Source: Eubacteriales bacterium
Lineage (GTDB): Bacteria > Bacillota > Clostridia > Oscillospirales > CAG-272
Direction: 5' to 3'
DNA: 64,000 nucleotides
NCBI GenBank assembly: GCA_045652425.1
Contig: JAZRUG010000017.1
Location: forward strand, 16,003 to 80,002
Part shown: in pieces, positions 54,236 through 62,464 of the stretch
Layout of the letters: every line of letters begins with the position of its first letter
Numbering within the stretch: the first letter of the stretch is position 1
The notes under the pieces: model-generated
Databases searched by the model: none
What the model saw: the letters and a program-made list of their open reading frames with translations, nothing else
What the model was told of the DNA's origin: nothing
Translations under genes and position numbers: made by a program

Positions 54236-56944
54236 TCATTTCTCAAGCGAGGCACGAACCTCGATAATCCGAGCCGAAGGATCACCCCATGTTTTATAAA
54301 CGTTTATGCGTATCTTCTCTGCTGTTATACAATCAAAGCGGTGATTACGCTTACGCATAAAATTTTCGGTTTCCCATGCAACCTTGATCCACGCGTTGCC
54401 GTCAAACACTTCCACATCATATTCCTTAATGCAGGTGGGGACGTTTTTGATTTTAATGCCCGAGCAGGTTCCGGGATTTGTCATATCGGTATCAAATACT
54501 ATGCTGACGGAGTTGATTTCATTTTTTTTCTTGAATATAAGTTCAAGCCACTGTGGTAAGGCTTCGTCGGGATTTGATACCCATTCATATTCCTTCTCGC
54601 TCAAAATGCGCGAATGACCGTTAATGACGTTTTCGGGAGAGCAATTGGCAATAATATCCTTTGGTTTTTTAATTTCAAAAAGGAAGCATTTCCCACCGGT
54701 AAACACCCAGTTTCCGTTATTGTCTCTCTCACCTTGTCTGCGATAGTTAGACAGGTTTTCAAGAGAACGCCAGGATATGCCTGGAGAAGCTTCCAACCAC
54801 ACCATCAAATATGAGCCGTCTCTGAACAAGGATTGGTCGATTTTTATGTCAACAGGAAATTTCACCCAGCTTTCGCCCGGAGGCACTATACCTTTTGCCG
54901 AGCTGACTTTATAGTTTTGACCAGCTTTTGTATCCAGATCTCCCACGGGACGGGCATACACCGTAACCTCAGTGCATGTCAACTTTGACGAATGGAGCTT
55001 CAAATACAGTTGACCGATATCGCCGCGGCTTGCGTTAAAGCCGCAAACGCTTATTCTTGCCTGATCCAAGGGAACCAATGGACCGGGAGAGCCGTGCTTG
55101 GGATAGAAAATTTCGGTCCTGCTGATGCTTGATGCGGTTGCCGTGGCTGTCAGGCAGGGATCGCCCGCATCTTCGTTCTTGAGGCCGGGAATATACTGAT
55201 CGTTCTTAATAAGCAGTTGTTGCAAATCGCTAATGTGTCTTTGGTAAATTCCGCGCGGTGTCTCGTTAAGCTTGACACACATAGCTGCGGCAGTACCTGC
55301 CGCCTGCCCCAAGGTTGCAATGGTATTCTGCACACGGACCGTCCCCAATGCTATATGGGTAACGCTTACGTTTCTACCCGCAAACAGAAGATTGTCGATA
55401 TTCTTGGAATAAATGCATCGGTAAGGAATCGTGGACAGTGCAACCCTTTTTGCGCAGTAAAGAGGCCCTTCTTTTCCGGAATAAATGCCTTTCGGGTGGT
55501 GAATATCCAGTGCCCAGCCAAAATATGAAATAGCATCGTCAAAGGTGCGGCCTTCCGTACAGTCATCCTGTGTGAGAACGTAGTCGCCGATCAATCTACG
55601 CGATTCTCTGCGCCCATTGATTACATTAGCCATACGGAACGCTGTCTTTCTTACCTTCTCCTTGCCAGTCCAATAGTTTTTCAGGTGATCTACATAGCCC
55701 AGAATTACCAAAAACAGTGTATCTCGCGCTTTTTCACCGTCCCACATATCATCATAGGTGTTTGGCGCTTCCAGCCACCAGTACATGCTCGCTTTCGAAA
55801 TAACGCGACCGAACTCCTCGTCGGATTCGGGCAGCTTCGGTACCCATTCGGGGGCATGAAATTCAACGTCCTCCTCGCATTCAAAGAAAAAGGGGGCACA
55901 TCCTCCGCGGATACAGCCGCTCATAGTCTGTGTATCAGCAATAGCCGGTGCCATATCCTCGTTGTGTTGATCGGCAGCCTCGCGTCCGAATCGGTATTTT
56001 GCGCCTGCATAATAGCCTACCCAGGCATCGCCCGTGCAATCGATAAATATTTTGCCACCGTAGCGAGTTTTGGTAAGATTGCAAATATCAAGGCTTATAA
56101 CGCTTTCTATAGTGCTGTTATTCTTCATTTCAACGTCACACACGTGTGCATTACAAATAACCGTAAGGTTTTCTTCTTTAGCAACGATCTTTTCCATTGC
56201 TCTTGTCCATTCGCCGTAGCTTTCGGTCTCTCTGTCGCGGTAACGGCGTATTTCCTCGGCAATACCGCCCTCTCTTGCTCGAGGATAGGCAACCTCGGCT
56301 CCGTCGAAAGTAATACCCACCTCGCAACTGCTGTTTCCACCAAGCATGGGGCGGTTGTGGAGCAGTAAGGTTTTTATGCCGAGTCGTGAACAAGCGACAG
56401 CAGCAGGCATACCGCCGGGACCTCCGCCCGCGATAATTACGTCATAATCTCCGCCGTATGCGATATCGCGGTTAAGTCCCTTGACTTCTGCTCGCTTTTT
56501 GTGCATACGGTCAATTTCTCTGGGAGGTATAAAGTCAAAATCGTTTGTAATAAAAATAGAAGAAAAACGTCCGAAATAACCGCTCAGATCTTGAACGGTT
56601 ATTTCTGTATTTCCATCAAGAAAAAAATCGCCCGCAATTTCCCAAACCCAATCGTCTGAGGGTAACTGACCAAGTACAACTCCATTGCTTTTTCCGTTGA
56701 CGAGAAGAGTGAATGTTCCGGGATTGTGGGGGCGAAGCCAATTTCTGTCACGCACCCAGATTCTATATTTATCAGCTTTCGGTATATTAACTGTAGTACG
56801 TGCATTTTCTACCGGAATACCAGGTATGTCTGCGGCGATGAGATAGCCACTTCCCATCAAATGAACAAACTGGGTATCCTCTTTCCAGCCGCCTTTATGA
56901 TTAAAATCAATAGCATCGATCCAAATCTCATTTATTTTGTTCAT
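54236..56944 (-). CDS. FAD-dependent oxidoreductase with beta-sandwich (F5/8-type-C-like) flanking domains
   Basis: DVIIAGGGPGGMPAAVACSRLG...GGNSS dinucleotide-binding motif. Start at ATG 56944. The C-terminal ~150 aa resemble a discoidin-like module (by eye). Confidence 0.75.
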   Translation of the reverse strand: MNKINEIWIDAIDFNHKGGWKEDTQFVHLMGSGYLIAADIPGIPVENARTTVNIPKADKYRIWVRDRNWLRPHNPGTFTLLVNGKSNGVVLGQLPSDDWVWEIAGDFFLDGNTEITVQDLSGYFGRFSSIFITNDFDFIPPREIDRMHKKRAEVKGLNRDIAYGGDYDVIIAGGGPGGMPAAVACSRLGIKTLLLHNRPMLGGNSSCEVGITFDGAEVAYPRAREGGIAEEIRRYRDRETESYGEWTRAMEKIVAKEENLTVICNAHVCDVEMKNNSTIESVISLDICNLTKTRYGGKIFIDCTGDAWVGYYAGAKYRFGREAADQHNEDMAPAIADTQTMSGCIRGGCAPFFFECEEDVEFHAPEWVPKLPESDEEFGRVISKASMYWWLEAPNTYDDMWDGEKARDTLFLVILGYVDHLKNYWTGKEKVRKTAFRMANVINGRRESRRLIGDYVLTQDDCTEGRTFDDAISYFGWALDIHHPKGIYSGKEGPLYCAKRVALSTIPYRCIYSKNIDNLLFAGRNVSVTHIALGTVRVQNTIATLGQAAGTAAAMCVKLNETPRGIYQRHISDLQQLLIKNDQYIPGLKNEDAGDPCLTATATASSISRTEIFYPKHGSPGPLVPLDQARISVCGFNASRGDIGQLYLKLHSSKLTCTEVTVYARPVGDLDTKAGQNYKVSSAKGIVPPGESWVKFPVDIKIDQSLFRDGSYLMVWLEASPGISWRSLENLSNYRRQGERDNNGNWVFTGGKCFLFEIKKPKDIIANCSPENVINGHSRILSEKEYEWVSNPDEALPQWLELIFKKKNEINSVSIVFDTDMTNPGTCSGIKIKNVPTCIKEYDVEVFDGNAWIKVAWETENFMRKRNHRFDCITAEKIRINVYKTWGDPSARIIEVRASLEK

Positions 56945-57076
56945 ATTTGTGCATCCTTTCAAAATATATTCTACATCCTATTATATACTAAATACCACAG
57001 CGTTCATAAGATAAAAGAAAGAAGTAGTTGCACAAAAGATGGATTAATGCTATAATATTAGAAGATTATAAGAAAT

Positions 57077-57928
57077 GTGGTGAAATTTGTGGAGCACGTA
57101 TCTCTCAGCGAATTGATAGAAAGACTTGAAAAAGGCACAAAAATCCATATATGTATTGCGTTTTTAGGTGAGTGCGGCAACAGAAAAACAAGACTTACCC
57201 CCGGTCAAGCCATACACAACAGCCCAGTATGTCTGGCAGTCAAAGAATTGCCGAACGGATTGAAATCCTGCTACAGCTGTCGAAATTATGTACAAAAGAC
57301 AGTTATTCAGAGCCAGAAAGCTATGTCAGGCTTCTGCACCAACGGTGTGTATGAATATATAAGACCTGTTGTTTATGATGACCGCGTAATATGTGTTATT
57401 TACGTGGGAAATATTCTGCTGCCAGACCCATGCCAACGCGAAAAATTGGAAAAAATGGTAAACGGAGACCTCTTAAAAACCATGGAATCACACTCTACAC
57501 CGCAGGATTGCGTAAAGGTTGCCGACGTTTTGGAAAGCTATATCACATTTTTATTTGACCGATATGGAATCGAAAACAATATCTTCGACCCGCTGTTGGA
57601 AAACGTCAAAAACTATATAAAAGAAAACCTCGAATACGGTTTCTCAATGGATGAGCTGGCAGATGCTTTTCACTATACCCCCAAGTATTTAGGTCAAATT
57701 TTTAAAGCCCGAACCGGAAAATCGATCAAGGAGTATTGTAATCACCAAAAAATAAAGCAAGCAAAACACAATCTTACGGAAACGAATTTAAGCATCGAAG
57801 CGGTTGCGCTTCGTGCTGGATTTAACAGCGTTACTTATTTCGACCGTGTTTTTCATAAGCTAACAGGGCTTTCGCCGCAAACATATCGCTCCACCTCAAG
57901 CTCACATAAAAGCAGGAAATCCAACTAA
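57077..57928 (+). CDS. AraC-family regulator with a Cys-containing N-terminal sensor (PocR-like?) domain
   Basis: C-terminal double HTH (YLGQIFKARTGKSIKEYCNHQKI...VTYFDRVFHKLTGLSPQTYR). GTG start. Divergent from the oxidoreductase. Confidence 0.85.
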   Translation: MVKFVEHVSLSELIERLEKGTKIHICIAFLGECGNRKTRLTPGQAIHNSPVCLAVKELPNGLKSCYSCRNYVQKTVIQSQKAMSGFCTNGVYEYIRPVVYDDRVICVIYVGNILLPDPCQREKLEKMVNGDLLKTMESHSTPQDCVKVADVLESYITFLFDRYGIENNIFDPLLENVKNYIKENLEYGFSMDELADAFHYTPKYLGQIFKARTGKSIKEYCNHQKIKQAKHNLTETNLSIEAVALRAGFNSVTYFDRVFHKLTGLSPQTYRSTSSSHKSRKSN

Positions 57929-58322
57929 AAATCAGTAGGAGCCTTTGTTTGCGGAAACATCGCAGAGCAGCTGATTTGTAATCAGCGGGTGTGTATGTGT
58001 TTTTCGCTAGAAAAAACGAGAAATATTGAAATTTTAGCATGGTATTAACGAAAATAATATGAAACAATATGAGTTTGTTAGATTTACAAAAACCTACACA
58101 TCGGTCGACGGAATCATAAATGAAAATTACGAAATTGTTGCAAAAATATAGGATAAAAATTTGAAAATTTCTGATGATTACCAAAACCTATACTTATACG
58201 AAAAATGTCTCAGTGCTTCTGCGCAGCAAATTGCGTAACACCTCTATAAAAACTGCGTAGCAGGCATAAAAAAGAGGCTACATAAAACAGCCTCAAAAAG
58301 TTCAAAAAAGCTTATAGATAAA

Positions 58323-58400
58323 ATAAAAATCGGGAATCGAAAGATTCCCGATTTTTGGTCTAAAGCCTTAGACTTGAACCAGCAAAGTGCCCTTCCTGAA
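58323..58400. repeat. Terminator hairpin + tRNA-Pro 3'-end-like direct repeat, copy 2
   Basis: ataaaaatcgggaatcgaaagattcccgatttttggtctaaagccttagacttgaaccagc. The hairpin loop is inverted relative to copy 1 (gaaa versus gttt). Confidence 0.8.
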
Positions 58401-58469
58401 ATATAGTCGAAATGAAAAAATAAGATTGTGTCTAAACGAAAAACCAAATTATAAATTTGTATTTCTTAC

Positions 58470-59576
58470 TTAATCATCATTCACATTTAATTTTAGATTT
58501 TGTATATACTTGCATTTGGGAAAATTTGAACATCCATAAAATTGTTTTCCAATATTCGCACCTTTTGTTGCAGTTCTTAAGACGAGATTGCCGTTGCATA
58601 GAGGGCATTTTAAAACTTGAGAGTCTGGGTTGTTAGATATATGTTCTTTTAATTCTGATGATGCTGGTGTTACATAATTTGTTTTGTTTTCGATGTTTTC
58701 GGTGTTGGTAAAAATACTGTCGTTGGTTTCAGCAGTTTCGTTGGCTGTAGTCTTATTAGTATCTGCCTGTATAGTAATATCTATATTAGATTTGATTTGC
58801 TGAGTAGCCTCAGTATTTAGATCATTGCATATATTAGCGATATGTTGTTCTTTCGTAGCAACATCAACTTGAGTATAAGGGTAAAGTTTATTGTAAATGT
58901 TTGTGATGTCATTTTCACTTAGCAAAACAGAGGTTGTTTGCTCAAAAAGCGTTGAAATGAGAAAACTAACGTTTTCCCTTTTGATTACACTGATATTATC
59001 ATTTTTTAATTGAAGGCTTTTTATAGTACACCTTTCAGAAAAAACAATAATTGACTTTATTGGTAATTGATCTCCTAATAATGCTTTGAGATGTTTTATA
59101 TGTGAGTGATTTTGCATAATTGGATTATAAAAACTTTCTTTATGACTTTGATTCCTGCCGGATGGCAGGGTTTGATACCAATATTTTTGGTTTTCGCTAC
59201 CAAATATCCATCCACTGTAATTTTTGCTCTCAAATACATATATTCCTTTAGAACATATCATTAATACATCAATTTCTGTAGTTTCCCCATCCTCTTTCGG
59301 AATATATATGTTAAATAGAAATTTTGCACCTTGACTTTCATAATGTTTAAGATATTTGTATATAAGATACTCACCGTATTTTCCCGTGTTATTTTTAACC
59401 GAACGATAGGACATTTTCGTGATTTTATAATATGAAGTTTTTTTGTATTCTTTATTTTTATGAATGTGAATACATACAACAATAATAATTGGTATTATAA
59501 TCGGTGATTGTACCCACAATATAATAGTTTCCCAAAAAGAGCTAAAAAACGATTGAAGTAGTTCTAATAATGACAT
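58470..59576 (-). CDS. Membrane-anchored NERD-domain protein with a C-terminal topoisomerase-type C4 zinc ribbon
   Basis: N-terminal TM helix. NERD pattern GEYLIYKYL...EIDVLMICSKGIYVFESKNYSGWIFG. N/T-rich linker. C-terminal CPLCNGNLVLR...YGCSNFPKCKY. Confidence 0.8.
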   Translation of the reverse strand: MSLLELLQSFFSSFWETIILWVQSPIIIPIIIVVCIHIHKNKEYKKTSYYKITKMSYRSVKNNTGKYGEYLIYKYLKHYESQGAKFLFNIYIPKEDGETTEIDVLMICSKGIYVFESKNYSGWIFGSENQKYWYQTLPSGRNQSHKESFYNPIMQNHSHIKHLKALLGDQLPIKSIIVFSERCTIKSLQLKNDNISVIKRENVSFLISTLFEQTTSVLLSENDITNIYNKLYPYTQVDVATKEQHIANICNDLNTEATQQIKSNIDITIQADTNKTTANETAETNDSIFTNTENIENKTNYVTPASSELKEHISNNPDSQVLKCPLCNGNLVLRTATKGANIGKQFYGCSNFPKCKYIQNLKLNVNDD

Positions 59577-59664
59577 CTAGTAACCTCATTTGTAATTTGT
59601 CGATATGAAAATGACTTATTTAATATAGAGAAGGCGATTGATTATGCCTAACTAGCTATAAAAC

Positions 59665-59696
59665 AAAAATCGAGTGTTCATAATTAAACACTCGAT
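59665..59696 (-). terminator. tRNA-Pro terminator hairpin (attB-like palindrome)
   Basis: Stem atcgagtgtt/aacactcgat (59669-59678 / 59687-59696) with an A-run upstream on the plus strand (U-run on the minus strand). Confidence 0.7.
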
Positions 59697-59697
59697 A

Positions 59698-59773
59698 TGG
59701 TCTAAGTGACTGGACTTGAACCAGCGGCCTCTACCACCCCAAGGTAGCGCTCTCCCAGCTGAGCTACACCTAG
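59698..59773 (-). tRNA. tRNA-Pro (anticodon GGG)
   Basis: Reverse complement: CTAGGTG-TA-GCTCAGCTGGGAGAGC-G-CTACC-TTGGGGT-GGTAG-AGGCC-GCTGG-TTCAAGT-CCAGT-CACTTAG-A-CCA. The acceptor has 7 pairs including one G:T. Confidence 0.88.
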
Positions 59774-59904
59774 TCAACGCTCTGTATTATAGCACATCTT
59801 TTTCAAATAGTCAAGAGAATATTCAAAATATTTTTATTTTTCTGCATTTTTTTACTTGCTTCTTGCCTTGCAACTCTCTACCCATATAAACACCCCAAAA
59901 GCAT

Positions 59905-59935
59905 AAAAAAAACTGCCGAAATCGGCAGTCTTTTT
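59905..59935. terminator. Bidirectional terminator hairpin
   Basis: Stem actgccg/cggcagt flanked by an A-run and a T-run, just after the stop of the 59937-60680 gene. Confidence 0.65.
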
Positions 59936-59936
59936 A

Positions 59937-60680
59937 TCATTCCTTCGATTCAAAAACCATATCTTCCACAACAGCTATAATCTTATTCACAAGGCTCATA
60001 TCAAAATCTTCAAACTCACTGATTTTAATCTTTTCCCCTGTCAATTTACAGAAAAACGTTGCCGCCGCCGTAAATCTTCCATAATCAAGTGAAAGATGAT
60101 ATCCGTCTCTGTTCAAAGACATTCCGCCGTTTCTGTAATCAAACTCGGGCAAACTCTCGCGTATCTTCTGTATAACTCTGCCTACCGGAATAATCGGCAC
60201 CCCAAGCACTTTCGATGCCATCTCCGAAGCATCAATAACACGTCTGTACATCTCCATCTGGTCGCGGTTATATGCATCAAAAGATTTCGAATCTCTGTCA
60301 ATCTCATAACTCCACGTCTGGAAAAAGTATATCTTCGCCTGCGGTTGTTTCTCTCTTACAACGGCTGCAATATTCTGCAAATAAGGAAAATACGACTGCG
60401 GTCTGCCACTCAATGGGCTTGACTGCTGAATAGTTACAACGTCCCAAGTATCAATCTCAAGTGCTTCATTTAGCGATATATATCTTTCGCCTCTGCAACC
60501 GTTAAGCTCCCAAGAATAATCAGCCTTATTTTCAAGATAGTTATTCCAATGTCTTTCAAGATTACAACCACCTATGTAAAGATTGGCTGTATACATCTCA
60601 ATACCATTCTTCTCTGCAAGCTTATGAAGCCATTTATGCGCATCTTGGGAAAAACTGTTACCGATAGACAAAATCTTCAT
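59937..60680 (-). CDS. DUF4886 / SGNH-hydrolase-like protein
   Basis: MKILSIGNSFSQDA N-terminus (GNSF block) with a 247-aa alpha/beta pattern. Assigned by resemblance. Confidence 0.6.
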   Translation of the reverse strand: MKILSIGNSFSQDAHKWLHKLAEKNGIEMYTANLYIGGCNLERHWNNYLENKADYSWELNGCRGERYISLNEALEIDTWDVVTIQQSSPLSGRPQSYFPYLQNIAAVVREKQPQAKIYFFQTWSYEIDRDSKSFDAYNRDQMEMYRRVIDASEMASKVLGVPIIPVGRVIQKIRESLPEFDYRNGGMSLNRDGYHLSLDYGRFTAAATFFCKLTGEKIKISEFEDFDMSLVNKIIAVVEDMVFESKE

Positions 60681-60692
60681 AAAAAATTCTCC

Positions 60693-62222
60693 TTAATTGT
60701 TCTTCTGTTCTTTTAAATATACTTTAGCAACACGTGTGTTATTGTATTTGCCTTGCTCAAGTACCACCTTACCGTCAACCAGCACATATTCAAGTCCTTC
60801 ATTCGCAAGGCTTGAATTAACAAAGTTTGCGCGGTCGATAATCGTATCCGCATTAAATATACATATATCCGCATCAAAGCCCTCGACTATTCTTCCCTTT
60901 GTTGAAAGCTCGTAAACCGATGCGGGAAGTGCCGTCATCTTATATATCATCTCGTGAAGTTCCATAACCTTACGCTCACGAACGTATCTTCCGAGTATTC
61001 GAGGAAACGCCCCCACCATACGCGGATGATACGGCAAATCACTTGTTCTAACCGCCGAGTCTGTACACATCATTACTCTCGGGTGCTTCATAACGTATTC
61101 AACGTCTTCTTCACACATCATAAACGTGCATATATTCGCAAGTCCCTTTCCCTCTCTCAATATATCCAAAACTGTATCAAACCTATCGGTCTGCCCTTTC
61201 ATTTCGGCTATCTGATTAACGGTAAGTCCGCTGTATTCAGGGTGATTTCCGCATACTACCATCTGTACCCAGCTTAAATCGTTCCCCCACTTATTGTGCC
61301 CCCATTCCTTAACCCTCGCGCAAATCTCGGAATCGTCAAGCAAATCCAAAACGTTCGTCGTCATAGGCGGATGAAATTGTGTCGGAACAAATCTTGAACT
61401 CATTGACGTTGAAGATGCTATATAAGGATACACGTCAGCGTAAATATCCGCGCCCTCTTCGTTTGCCTTATCAATCATCGCAAGTGTAGTCTTTACCGAG
61501 CCCCAGTTATTTTTGTCCATAGCTTTATGGTGTGAGAATACTGCTCTGCAGCCGGTAGCCTTTATAATATCTATAAATTCTTTCGTAGCCTCAATAAGTC
61601 CGTCGTTTTCGTTGCGGATATGCGAAGTAATAATGCCGCCGTATTTTGCAACCACTTTACCAAGAGCTATGACCTCGTCTGTATTAGCGTAACAACCCGG
61701 AACGTAATAAAGTCCGAGCGACATACCTATAGCGCCGTTTTTTAATCCCTCTTCAAGTAAATCTTTCATCTGTTCAAGCTCTTCTGGGGTAGGTTCGCGC
61801 TTTTCTGTTTTCATTACGGCTTTACGGATAGAATTGTGTCCTATCAAAACAGCCGCGCCTGAACCCTGCGCTATTTTTTCAGCCTTCGTCAAATATTCGC
61901 CCATAGTTTCGATTTTGCTATCGTTATCTACTCTTGTAGGCGCAGGAGAACCGCCGCATTGACCTGTTATAGAAAAAGTAATACCCTGCTCAACCTTTTC
62001 TTTTTGGTCGGGAAAGGTTAAAAAGTTTCGGTCTGAATGGCTGTGAGAATCAATAAAACCGGGAGTAACCGTTAATCCTGTCGCATCAATCACATTTGTA
62101 GTCCCTGTTAAATCGGATGCTATAGCCGCAATTTTGCCATTCTTTATTGCAACGTCTGAAATAAACCCTTTTGTCCCCGTTCCGTCAATAACCGTACCGT
62201 TTTTTATTATCAGGTCGTACAT
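60693..62222 (-). CDS. N-acyl-D-amino-acid deacylase (D-aminoacylase) family amidohydrolase
   Basis: DLIIKNGTVIDGTG...PGFIDSHSHSD and a length of 509 aa. Confidence 0.85.
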   Translation of the reverse strand: MYDLIIKNGTVIDGTGTKGFISDVAIKNGKIAAIASDLTGTTNVIDATGLTVTPGFIDSHSHSDRNFLTFPDQKEKVEQGITFSITGQCGGSPAPTRVDNDSKIETMGEYLTKAEKIAQGSGAAVLIGHNSIRKAVMKTEKREPTPEELEQMKDLLEEGLKNGAIGMSLGLYYVPGCYANTDEVIALGKVVAKYGGIITSHIRNENDGLIEATKEFIDIIKATGCRAVFSHHKAMDKNNWGSVKTTLAMIDKANEEGADIYADVYPYIASSTSMSSRFVPTQFHPPMTTNVLDLLDDSEICARVKEWGHNKWGNDLSWVQMVVCGNHPEYSGLTVNQIAEMKGQTDRFDTVLDILREGKGLANICTFMMCEEDVEYVMKHPRVMMCTDSAVRTSDLPYHPRMVGAFPRILGRYVRERKVMELHEMIYKMTALPASVYELSTKGRIVEGFDADICIFNADTIIDRANFVNSSLANEGLEYVLVDGKVVLEQGKYNNTRVAKVYLKEQKNN

Positions 62223-62464
62223 CTTCTTTTTCTCCTTTACACTTAAAAAGTGAAACTAAATAATATTATACACCCCTACACTTCAAAAAGCAATAATTCC
62301 GTTGATATAAAAAAACGATTACGCGTAATTATGTCTTAAAGAACACAAATAAGTTCTATTGACAAAGCATTTTAGCGAAGGTATAATATTGGTATAAAAC
62401 TATCAATTTCGACTTATTTTACCATTAGTTTTACATATTTTTTACGTTTTTTAGGAGGCAAAAA

